From: Candidatus Latescibacterota bacterium
GTDB taxonomy: Bacteria > Latescibacterota > UBA2968 > GCA-2709665
Reading direction: 5' to 3'
DNA: 64,000 nt
Assembly (NCBI GenBank): GCA_965219455.1
Contig: OZ244744.1
Coordinates: forward strand, 1,120,001-1,184,000
Shown: positions 8,819 to 17,737 of the stretch, piece after piece
Position numbering within the stretch: position 1 is the stretch's first letter
Layout of the letters: each line of letters begins with the position of its first letter
The notes under the pieces: generated by a model
The model's input: only the letters and a program-made list of their open reading frames with translations
Databases searched by the model: none
What the model was told of the DNA's origin: nothing
Translations under genes and position numbers: made by a program

Positions 8819-10759
8819 TCATTGCGAGGGTTCCGGATTCAGCAGATTTGAAATATGAACCGCCTGAAGCAGATTGGCGGCCTCCAGCTGGATTCGCAGA
8901 GACCGGCGGCGCGGCAGCAACGTGGTCTCGCCCGGCATAGGTGGCAGGATCACCGCCTCGATCACACCTGGATTTATATTCAGATTACGCGCGGGACACT
9001 TTGGCCAGAGCGCGTGGCTGCCGCGAAAGGCGATGGGAATCATCACGACGTCCTGGGGCAGTTTCGCAAACAGAGCGTGTTGCAGCGGAAACAACTGCAC
9101 GTCGAACGAAGCCGTTGTGCCCATCGGATAAATCAGACCCGGGCGGTGTTCCATCTCCTTCAGGATGCGCGGAATCGTATGGGATGAGATATCCACGCTG
9201 TCTCGAGTGATGAAGCCGTCGACGGTCTCGAACATCCGGTCGAACTTGTCGGGAGACATACCGAAGATACTGATCTCGCGGGATCCGATTTTCACCGACG
9301 TCGACTTCGCCAGTCCCGTGCGGGCCAACTGAACCACCGGTCGGGAACGATCCCATCCCATGGCATCCAGAAACACCGGATCGTTGAACACCGAAAACAC
9401 CACGAAATGCTCCAGCATGCTCTGGTGCGAGGGCAGGAACAGAATCTTCTGACCGCCACCGGAAAGGTCCATTTCCCGGACAAGTGTTCGAAACATCGGG
9501 GCTATCGTCACTTCCAGCCGGATGCCGAACGCATTCATCGTGTCCCGGGACCAGTCCAGCCAGACCTGCCAGGCGCGCTCATGCCGGAGTGGCGGCGTGA
9601 GATCCTCCTCAGCGATGCGGCGCCGGCGTTTCCCAACCCGCCAGCAGCGGCTCGCCCACTTCAACATCCGGAGTTTGCGCTGGAAGGACGTCAGTTCCTG
9701 TGTGACCCCCACGTGGGCGTAGTCCAGAAACCGACCCGTTCGGGAACCTGCCAACAGAGGTGGGAGCGCCATTTCCGCCAACCCGTCCCGGTCCCGTACC
9801 GCCGAATTCACGCCTTCCACAATCCGGGCGCTCAGATCGATCATATCCCGCGTCAGATAACTGTACGGCTGCCCGTACCAGTAGTTCTCCGGCCTGAGCC
9901 GGGAGGGATCCTCCCGGTGCGCCGCCAGGAACTCCACCAGCATACTCCTGCCCAGGTCCACGTCTGACTTCAGCGTCGCCGAGCGCGCGGGATCCGATTC
10001 CTCAATCTGGTACAGCAGGACATCGGCTTCCGCGACCACCTTCCACACCGAACTGCCGAACCATCCCAGGTTATTGTACGTGTTGTAGCGCGTGGCGAAG
10101 AGCTCACCGGCGGCGATGTAGTGCAACGTCCTCTGGGCCACGTCTTCCAGGAGTTCCCGAAGCGATCCCTTCCACGTCTTTCCATCCACCGTACAGTCGT
10201 ATTCGGCCTCCCAGTGCGGGTCGTCGTCCATCGCCACGCGCGAGAGCGCTTCGGCCACGGATCTGGCGTGTGACAGCGGCACCCGGGAGATCCGGGCCCG
10301 CGCCAGGGACGTTTCGGCCGGGTCGGGGGAGAAATCGTCCCCTTTCGCAAGCGCCTCCACGTAGAGAGACTGGTAGCGTTTCAGAAAATCACGCGCCGTA
10401 CCAGCGCCGCTCGCAACAAACTGATTCCGCAGGCGCAGATAGATCCGGCTGCCTTCGTGATACGCGGGCGTCAGTTCATCGAACTGGTCGTGGGCTTCCT
10501 TCAGACGCCTGTCCCGCAGCGCGGGAACGCCGCGATAAATCGCGTCCACAATCCGCGCACGCTTACGCAGGCCCTCGAGGCCGATCTCGTCGGCGGCACC
10601 CTCGGGCCACGTCAGGTCCCCGGTCGCCCACCCCTCGAAATAGCCTTCGGGCCGGACCGCGGCAACCAACTCGGCTGCGGCCTGATCGTAAGCGGCTCCC
10701 AGCCGGGCAGGATCCTGCATCAGGATGCGGTGTACGGGATCTGATTGATTTCGATCCAT
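8819..10759 (-). CDS. Glycerolipid acyltransferase (PlsC/GPAT/DHAPAT superfamily) domain fused to a large unknown N-terminal region
   Basis: C-terminal LFLPSHQSMLE (block I variant), GFITR (block II), LIYPMGT (block III variant) and IPIAFRG (block IV). Confidence 0.7.
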   Translation of the reverse strand: MDRNQSDPVHRILMQDPARLGAAYDQAAAELVAAVRPEGYFEGWATGDLTWPEGAADEIGLEGLRKRARIVDAIYRGVPALRDRRLKEAHDQFDELTPAYHEGSRIYLRLRNQFVASGAGTARDFLKRYQSLYVEALAKGDDFSPDPAETSLARARISRVPLSHARSVAEALSRVAMDDDPHWEAEYDCTVDGKTWKGSLRELLEDVAQRTLHYIAAGELFATRYNTYNNLGWFGSSVWKVVAEADVLLYQIEESDPARSATLKSDVDLGRSMLVEFLAAHREDPSRLRPENYWYGQPYSYLTRDMIDLSARIVEGVNSAVRDRDGLAEMALPPLLAGSRTGRFLDYAHVGVTQELTSFQRKLRMLKWASRCWRVGKRRRRIAEEDLTPPLRHERAWQVWLDWSRDTMNAFGIRLEVTIAPMFRTLVREMDLSGGGQKILFLPSHQSMLEHFVVFSVFNDPVFLDAMGWDRSRPVVQLARTGLAKSTSVKIGSREISIFGMSPDKFDRMFETVDGFITRDSVDISSHTIPRILKEMEHRPGLIYPMGTTASFDVQLFPLQHALFAKLPQDVVMIPIAFRGSHALWPKCPARNLNINPGVIEAVILPPMPGETTLLPRRRSLRIQLEAANLLQAVHISNLLNPEPSQ

Positions 10760-10885
10760 TTGTCCTCAGCCCCACAAAAAGAGCCGAAAGCCCGCCTGCG
10801 CGTGGTTTCGATTCGCCCGGTCGCGTCCCCGTTTCCGGAATCATCGACCGTTGACGGTCTTTAACCTCGAACCCCCGCAAGCCGG

Positions 10886-12520
10886 TCAATCGGCCTCGGC
10901 GGTCAACACGGAAACCGCCCCGTCCCCCTCTTTCAATACATGGTGTTTCAATCCCGGAATGTGGATCTCCTGGATATACTCCCGCCAATCGATGCGCGTC
11001 ACGTCGAAGTTGAACACCTTCCGGTCTTCCGGGTTCAGCGCCTGGAACAGCCGGCGGGTATTCTCCGTTTCGAACTCGCAGTCGAGATGGGTGTACCCGC
11101 AATATATATTGACGAGGGACTCGAGCCTGACCAGCATTGCCTCCATTCCGGAAACCCGTCGCCTGTAACGGGAAAACCACCGGGCAGGCAGATAATCGAC
11201 GGCCGCCTTCAAAAGGCTCAGCGGAAGCTTGTATTTCAATGCAACCAGCCAGCAGAACCGCCGCCTGCTGATGAACTGCCAGGGCCGGACTTCAATGGGC
11301 CGCCCGTACCGGTCCTGCATGGGCGAGGTCTTGAAGTACCCGTAAACCAGTTCGACCATCTCACCCGCCCGCACCGGATTCTGTGAGCCCGACGCCACCT
11401 GGTAGACCTTCATCTCCCGCGACCCATGCACCTGTGGAAGCACCGCCGTGACGGCGTTGTTTAACATGTCCACGGGTATAATATCCAGCACGATCCCCGG
11501 ATCGATGGGGAAATTGGACAGACGACCCTTGCCGTAGTGGACGATCAGCGGGTCGGCGACTTTCAGATCCTCCACCCAGCCCGGCTCCGGGTCCTCGAGG
11601 CTGCTCTCTACGATGGCCGGACGGACGATGGCCGTTGGAAGGTCACCCCTCGACTTTACGATCAACTGCTCACCCATCGCCTTGGTGAGCGTGTAGCTGT
11701 CGTTCCAGCCGAACCTCCGCGCCCGCCGCATCCCGTCGTCCACCAGTTGCTTCCGAATCCAGCGCTGCCGAAGCGCTTCGACCTGGTGCGCTTTCCGGTA
11801 TTCGGTCACACGTTTGCCACGGTCCTGGCGCCTGAGTTGCTTCAGGAATGCCGCCTCCAGGTCGGGCTTTTTGGACGCCGCCTGGACCTCCTGGGCGAAA
11901 GCCCGGATGGCATCGATCTCGCCCTGCAGGTCGAACCCGGCCGGGGTTTCGTTGATGAGATCCGAAGCGCTCCGATCCTGGGGAAACGGGTCCTCGGGAA
12001 TCCGGCCGGTCCGCTGTCCGCTTACGTACGCGGTCGACACGTGAACCAGCGCGGCTTTCCGGCAGGTTTTTGCGAAGGCCACGACCCGCGCCGCCCCCAT
12101 GGTATTCTGTTCGAGCGCACTGTCGATGGGCTCGTCGAAAACCACGGTTCCGGCGAAATTCACCACAAAGTCCGCTTCTTCAATCAGACGCTCGCGCTGT
12201 TCGGAGGAAATTCCCAGTCCTTCTTCGGTCAGGTCTCCGGCGACCGCGACGACCTTCTCTGCCATCACCAACGGAAACGCCGCGCCCCACCTCGTCCTCA
12301 GCCTTGCGAACGCGCGCGACTGAAGGACCTCCGCCTCCAGCCGCTCCGCCTCGGAAACCCGTTGGCCGTTGGAACGCGACCGCGGCCGGATCAGGAGATA
12401 GATCCGCGCCACCTCCGGCGCGGAAAACAGGATCTTCTCCACGAATCCCTTCGCCAGAAACCCAGTCGCGCCGGTTACAAACAGCGTCTTGCCGCTCAGA
12501 AACTCTGAAATGGACTGCAT
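10886..12520 (-). CDS. Fatty acyl-CoA/ACP reductase (alcohol-forming FAR, male-sterility family)
   Basis: TGATGFLAK, HVSTAYV, YTLTKAMGE, IVRPAIVES...EPGW, DIIPVD and the C-terminal sterile domain FDVTRIDWREY. Confidence 0.92.
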   Translation of the reverse strand: MQSISEFLSGKTLFVTGATGFLAKGFVEKILFSAPEVARIYLLIRPRSRSNGQRVSEAERLEAEVLQSRAFARLRTRWGAAFPLVMAEKVVAVAGDLTEEGLGISSEQRERLIEEADFVVNFAGTVVFDEPIDSALEQNTMGAARVVAFAKTCRKAALVHVSTAYVSGQRTGRIPEDPFPQDRSASDLINETPAGFDLQGEIDAIRAFAQEVQAASKKPDLEAAFLKQLRRQDRGKRVTEYRKAHQVEALRQRWIRKQLVDDGMRRARRFGWNDSYTLTKAMGEQLIVKSRGDLPTAIVRPAIVESSLEDPEPGWVEDLKVADPLIVHYGKGRLSNFPIDPGIVLDIIPVDMLNNAVTAVLPQVHGSREMKVYQVASGSQNPVRAGEMVELVYGYFKTSPMQDRYGRPIEVRPWQFISRRRFCWLVALKYKLPLSLLKAAVDYLPARWFSRYRRRVSGMEAMLVRLESLVNIYCGYTHLDCEFETENTRRLFQALNPEDRKVFNFDVTRIDWREYIQEIHIPGLKHHVLKEGDGAVSVLTAEAD

Positions 12521-13013
12521 AACATCCCGACGTGAACAAAAAACCCGTTTCCTCGCCCTCGAAGTACAGACGCCGGATTACTGAAGAGCATCCGACTCTG
12601 CTCCTCCTTCTTAGCGCTGGGAGGTCAAGTAAACGGGGCGACTCAATTTCGCGAAATTGTAATGTGCAATGCCAACTCCAAACTGCACCACCGGAGTTCG
12701 TTTGCCAGATAAAGAAGGAAATTCAAGAACCGCTTCGAGTCAAGGGAAATCTACTTTCGCCAACCTTCTGCCATGTGTCCGGAGGCGGATTGCCGCCGAT
12801 GAAGATATGCGCCACACGCTATAGACCGGATGTACCCGTATCCGCTGGTATTTCTCCTCGAGGCGCCACTAGCGTTGAGATCGGCCATGGGCGCACTTCC
12901 GCACCTTGCAATCCGAAACGATACTGACTATATTACCTCAAAATACGGATTGAAGACCGTGTCTGCACATCGAATATCCCATCCTCCTCTTATCTATATT
13001 TATAAATTATAAT

Positions 13014-14345
13014 ATGTTAAATGCCAATCAGACCGATCGATTGCATCATAAAATGAAGGCGCAGAACAAACTGCGGCCCGAAGACAGAGCGGTTCATGAC
13101 TGGTATCGTTTCATCCTGTCATTCCCGCCTCACCTGGTCCGCGACTATCTCGACCGGTTCGACGTTAGACGGTCCGACACGGTCCTCGACCCATTTTGTG
13201 GGACCGGAACCACGCCCGTAGAGTGCAAAAAGCTCGGCATCGGCAGCGTTGGGATCGAGCCGAACCCCATGGCGTTTTTCGCAAGTTCGGTGAAGGTCGA
13301 CTGGCGTGTAAGTCACGAAGAGTTGCTCGGCTACGCGGAAGAGGTAGCGCTATCGACGAAGAAGACGCTGGAAGAACAGGGCTTTGATGAATGGAAGGAT
13401 CTTCCTCTTTTCGCAGCAAATGGAAATCCGACAACCACGCTGAAGGAACTTCCTGCTGAACGGTCGAAAATACTCTTGAAGGACTCTATCAGCCCGCGTC
13501 CTCTGCACAAGGCACTCGTGCTGCTGGATACAATCGACCGGCACGGAAATCATCAGTTGCAACGTTACGGCCGCCTCTGCTTTGCCAACGCACTGGTACA
13601 CCGCATCAGCAACCTCAAATTCGGGCCGGAGGTCGGGGTCGGGAAAATTAAATACGATGCACCGGTCGTGGACGCCTGGCTTGATTGTATACGGACTGCT
13701 GTCCGGGACGTTCACCTTTATGATGGCCGGGCAAGCATCGCCAGCCGAATCATCAACGCCGACGCTCGCAACGTCGAAAACATCCTGAAACCGGGTTCCG
13801 TCGATTTTGTAATTACCTCCCCGCCATATCCGAACGAGAAGGATTACACGAGAACGACCCGCCTGGAATCTGTTGTTCTCGGCTTGATAAAAAACCGACG
13901 TGAACTGAGGATGCTGAAACAGAATCTGGTCAGGTCCAACACACGCGGCGTCTACAAAGCCGACACCGACGACCGGGAAATCGCGGACAATGTTGCAATA
14001 CGCAGCATCGCGGATGAAATAGAAAAACGGCGTATCGCCCTCGGCAAGACATCGGGTTTCGAGCGCCAGTACGCCCGCGTCACCCTCCTCTATTTCGGGG
14101 GCATGGCAAAGCACCTGGCGTCTCTTCGACCCGCTCTCAAACGGGGGGCAAAGCTCGCGTACGTGGTGGGCGACCAGGCGTCCTATCTGCGGGTGATGAT
14201 CAGAACGGGCGAACTTCTGGCCGGTATCGCGGATACATTGGGTTACACTGTCACCGGGATCGACCTGTTTCGAACCAGGCCTTCTACAGTGACGGGTGAA
14301 CAGCTCAGGGAAGAAGTCGTAAACCTGGAATGGCCCGGCCGTTGA
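13014..14345 (+). CDS. Site-specific DNA methyltransferase (amino-MTase, probably N4-cytosine, alpha motif order)
   Basis: Motif I LDPFCGTGTT precedes motif IV ITSPPY; overlaps the downstream nuclease. Confidence 0.9.
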   Translation: MLNANQTDRLHHKMKAQNKLRPEDRAVHDWYRFILSFPPHLVRDYLDRFDVRRSDTVLDPFCGTGTTPVECKKLGIGSVGIEPNPMAFFASSVKVDWRVSHEELLGYAEEVALSTKKTLEEQGFDEWKDLPLFAANGNPTTTLKELPAERSKILLKDSISPRPLHKALVLLDTIDRHGNHQLQRYGRLCFANALVHRISNLKFGPEVGVGKIKYDAPVVDAWLDCIRTAVRDVHLYDGRASIASRIINADARNVENILKPGSVDFVITSPPYPNEKDYTRTTRLESVVLGLIKNRRELRMLKQNLVRSNTRGVYKADTDDREIADNVAIRSIADEIEKRRIALGKTSGFERQYARVTLLYFGGMAKHLASLRPALKRGAKLAYVVGDQASYLRVMIRTGELLAGIADTLGYTVTGIDLFRTRPSTVTGEQLREEVVNLEWPGR

Positions 14346-15175
14346 CGAGCGGAGAGGAGTACCGCATTTCTGCCAAGAATCGCTATTCAGCCATCATAGA
14401 GGCAATCTTCCATGCCAGGTTCCAACCGGGTCAACGTGAAGTTGATTTTGAACGGGAAGACATCGTTACGTTCGCCTCTGAACTCAACATTGGCGTACCA
14501 AGGAATCTCGGCGACGTGATCTACAGTTTCCGCTACAGGACACCGCTTCCCGACAGTATTCGGGAAACGGCGCCAGACAAAGAGACGTGGATCATCAGGG
14601 GCGCTGGCACGAGTCGGTACAGGTTTGTCCTGGTGAGTGATATACCGCTCACGCCGAATCCGAACCTGTCGGTCACAAAGGTCCCGGACTCTACTCCGGG
14701 AATAATTGCCAGGTACTCTTTCAGTGATGAACAGGCTGTACTGGCCCGGGTTCGATACAACCGTTTGATCGACATCTTCCTGGGCATCGCCTGCTACTCG
14801 CTGCAGAACCATCTCTGGACGACCGTGCCGAATATGGGCCAAGTCGAAACCGACGAAATTTACGTGGGTGTTGATAAAAGCGGTTCCCACTATGTGATAC
14901 CGGTCCAGGCCAAGGGTGGCAATGACAGACTCAGCAGGGTTCAGATCGAGCAGGACATTGCGCTTTGCACCGACAAATTACCAGACCTGATTTGCCGCCC
15001 GATTGGTGCGCAAATCATGCGGGACGATGTGATTGCGCTTTTGGAATTCGAGGAGGACGGAAACGATATTCGAATCGTCTCGGAGAAACAGTATCAATTG
15101 GTGCCGCCGGACGCCGTAACTCGGGAGGATTTAAAAAGATACAGGCAGCGATTGTCCGACGGTACGGGGGGTTGA
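14330..15175 (+). CDS. Putative type II restriction endonuclease
   Basis: Overlaps the MTase stop; ETDEIY...PVQAK is a PD-(D/E)XK-like core. Confidence 0.75.
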   Translation: MARPLTSGEEYRISAKNRYSAIIEAIFHARFQPGQREVDFEREDIVTFASELNIGVPRNLGDVIYSFRYRTPLPDSIRETAPDKETWIIRGAGTSRYRFVLVSDIPLTPNPNLSVTKVPDSTPGIIARYSFSDEQAVLARVRYNRLIDIFLGIACYSLQNHLWTTVPNMGQVETDEIYVGVDKSGSHYVIPVQAKGGNDRLSRVQIEQDIALCTDKLPDLICRPIGAQIMRDDVIALLEFEEDGNDIRIVSEKQYQLVPPDAVTREDLKRYRQRLSDGTGG

Positions 15176-15213
15176 AGGATGGAAAACAACGGGATCGAGA
15201 TAAACACTTGAAT

Positions 15214-15414
15214 TCACTCGGCGTGTTGCGATAGTAGCGCTCTGACTGAGGGAACCAACGGGTTGGGGATTTGCATCAGCGTGTGCGTTTTGTACTGAAG
15301 AGCCGTCTCATCTTCCACCACTGCCTCTTCCTCTGTCTGTGATTCGTAATGTTGTAGAAGCCGTTGGACACGTTCCTCGTCCCAGCCGTTTGGAAACCTG
15401 GTCATATTCTTCAT
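15214..15414 (-). CDS. Small antitoxin-like hypothetical protein
   Basis: FPNGWDEERVQRLLQHYESQTEEEAVVEDE resembles a recurrent small-protein family from TA-like pairs; no partner gene visible. Confidence 0.55.
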   Translation of the reverse strand: MKNMTRFPNGWDEERVQRLLQHYESQTEEEAVVEDETALQYKTHTLMQIPNPLVPSVRALLSQHAE

Positions 15415-15601
15415 CTTTTTCTCGGCCGCGATATGGGGCGGATTGTTTGGCTCTAAGTTCCGGTAACTGAATCTCCTACAAGTAGTCATCCGTCAGAAGC
15501 CATACTTGAAACTGCGCCGGACAAAGAGACGTCGATTATTCACGCTGCAAGAGCGATGTAGTCCATTTACAGTCCTGCGATAATATCATCGAATTTAAAA
15601 C

Positions 15602-16390
15602 TCAACTATTGTGATTCTCCGAGACAAAACGTTCATACGTCTTCCTTAGTTTCTTATACGCCTGCACGAAATTCTGACCTGCTTTTGTCCGCAATTCTGC
15701 ATCCATAAACCTTGCTGTATTTGATTCCAAGAACGACTGTCGTATAAGAATTAGACTACCGTCTTTTCTAAATCCTAATTCCTTAACTTCGGTCTTATTA
15801 TGTCGTGAAACATGGAGGAACCACTCACACCCTCCATAAGCCAAAAGATATACATGCAAACCGTCTAATCTAAGCCGAAACGCCGGAGATACAAGACTGT
15901 GAACAATAGCATCATTGTGGACTAGGAGCTGGCCAATAATCGAATACTCATGTTCTTCGCCAGCATTTTCACTGAGAATCAGTTGAGCAATGCGTCTTTC
16001 GTGAGGCCCCAGACTAACAGTAGCGAATGCTTTGTCTTTAGATACCGAACAACGCCAAAGAACGCTTAAATGAAACAACTTAAACGTAGTATAATCAAAC
16101 CCCTCTAATCTCCAATATTCTTTCGTACATTGCACCGGCAACCGACCCCGGGCATACCAATCAGTTCTAAAACGTCCCTCAATCTTACTCAAATGTTGCT
16201 CACACTTTACACATAACAGAGGTTCGCGAATTCCCTTTTGTACGATGATTCGTGATATTTCGTGAGTATTAAATTTGATCGCCCGGTGCTTCGGATCATA
16301 ACAATACTTATAAAGAAACTCTGGCAATATATGAGAGTTTTGTAGTTTGCTGACACACCCACAAAGTTTGCAAATTTCACCTTGACTCAT
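15602..16390 (-). CDS. HNH-endonuclease-like Zn-binding protein
   Basis: CKLCG...SHILP...LLCVKCE pattern; visibly AT-rich. Confidence 0.6.
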   Translation of the reverse strand: MSQGEICKLCGCVSKLQNSHILPEFLYKYCYDPKHRAIKFNTHEISRIIVQKGIREPLLCVKCEQHLSKIEGRFRTDWYARGRLPVQCTKEYWRLEGFDYTTFKLFHLSVLWRCSVSKDKAFATVSLGPHERRIAQLILSENAGEEHEYSIIGQLLVHNDAIVHSLVSPAFRLRLDGLHVYLLAYGGCEWFLHVSRHNKTEVKELGFRKDGSLILIRQSFLESNTARFMDAELRTKAGQNFVQAYKKLRKTYERFVSENHNS

Positions 16391-16541
16391 TTTTTTGGTC
16401 TCAAAAAAAACGCGACTTATACGCGGTAGGTTTTCACGAACAACGATACAAAAGAAAAACCAACAACAACCATCCCATCATATAACATTGAGTTCGGAGA
16501 TTGCGTTGTGTAATGAATGAGTCGCTTGATAACTGTAGCAG

Positions 16542-17627
16542 TCACGGAGCATCGCCGCCAGATCCAGCCAAATGCCGCTGCAGCAGATTGTACGCGGCTC
16601 GAGCATTTGCATACTCACTTTTTATATCGCGATATATCGCGTCGGTTAGGTGACGGGACGGATGCGCCAGGTTCCGCAGGCTTCGCATCATTTCAATGAG
16701 CGATCGTGAACTTATCCGTTGATCCCCAACTACAAATTCAGGTAGCCAACCTGCCGCGGCTGCCACCCGCTCAAGGTCTACCAAGGTCCATCGCTTAGGA
16801 TTCTCTCGTCTCGGCCGCTCGGATTCCGACATTCGATCACGGACGTACTGTACATGGTCAAGGTGCTTCAAACATGCAGATAGGAGGGCAGCCTCCATTG
16901 CGGACCCGATCATGACCGTTGCAGCGTAATATGCTCCCCTTTTGGCACATTTTTCGGCTTCGTCTTCGAATCGTTTCTGAACAGCGTACAACTGTTCTAC
17001 CTCGGATTTTTCCACATGAGCGAGTTGGCGACCTTGCGCTCGTTGCGCGTCGTACGATTTGCGGTCCTGGCAGTATAGATCAGCTATGTCGTCAAGGCCG
17101 TATTCCCGCAGTGCCTCTTCGAACTTCCTCTCTGTTACTTTCTCGTATTGCTGCTCCAATTTCTCCAAATCATCCGGTCCGTCCCCGATGGGCCAGTACT
17201 CGTCATCATCAAGGCCCTCCCGCTTGCGTATGGCCTCCATGCCCGCGTTAATCTCACCGAGGTCAGATTCGTACAAACCGTCCAGCAAGCGTTCTTCGTG
17301 AACACGTTCGATCGGGTACAACCTAAGCAGAAAACGACAGCTCGGGTCTAACCTACCCGCTGCTTCCGCCCATTCAACAGTTTCGAGCCACACTTTCGCT
17401 TCGGCTTCGACGTCGGACAAGCATCGCTGGTTTCTTCTGGGAACCTCGGTTTCCGAGATACGTTGAAGCTCGTGTGCACAACCTTGAAACTGTTCAAAAG
17501 CCCAGAAACTTTTCAGGATTGTCTCAAGGCCTTGAATTTCTTGATCGGTCAGAGACCCGCCGTCTGTCTGGTCTTCCTCGGTCGAATCATCCATTTCGTT
17601 TCTCCGTCTTGCGATATCCACGTTCAA
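16542..17627 (-). CDS. Hypothetical protein with C-terminal HEPN-like domain
   Basis: GAYYAATVMIGSAMEAALL helix and terminal RSLRNLAHP motif. Confidence 0.55.
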   Translation of the reverse strand: MNVDIARRRNEMDDSTEEDQTDGGSLTDQEIQGLETILKSFWAFEQFQGCAHELQRISETEVPRRNQRCLSDVEAEAKVWLETVEWAEAAGRLDPSCRFLLRLYPIERVHEERLLDGLYESDLGEINAGMEAIRKREGLDDDEYWPIGDGPDDLEKLEQQYEKVTERKFEEALREYGLDDIADLYCQDRKSYDAQRAQGRQLAHVEKSEVEQLYAVQKRFEDEAEKCAKRGAYYAATVMIGSAMEAALLSACLKHLDHVQYVRDRMSESERPRRENPKRWTLVDLERVAAAAGWLPEFVVGDQRISSRSLIEMMRSLRNLAHPSRHLTDAIYRDIKSEYANARAAYNLLQRHLAGSGGDAP

Positions 17628-17737
17628 TACGGACTGATCGAAAAAAAGAATTCAAAAAAATCGCTTGCTTGTAACCACCCCTCCCAAGCCGATTTCGATC
17701 GTTAGCAAGTTATCGGAACAAAAAGCACTTGGGCGCC

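Noticed and set aside
5995-12520. Wax-ester synthesis as the explanation for FAR plus acyltransferase
   Set aside because: The acyltransferase lacks the WS/DGAT HHxxxDG motif, and the AGPS-like and SDR genes would be unexplained. It is kept only as a less likely alternative.
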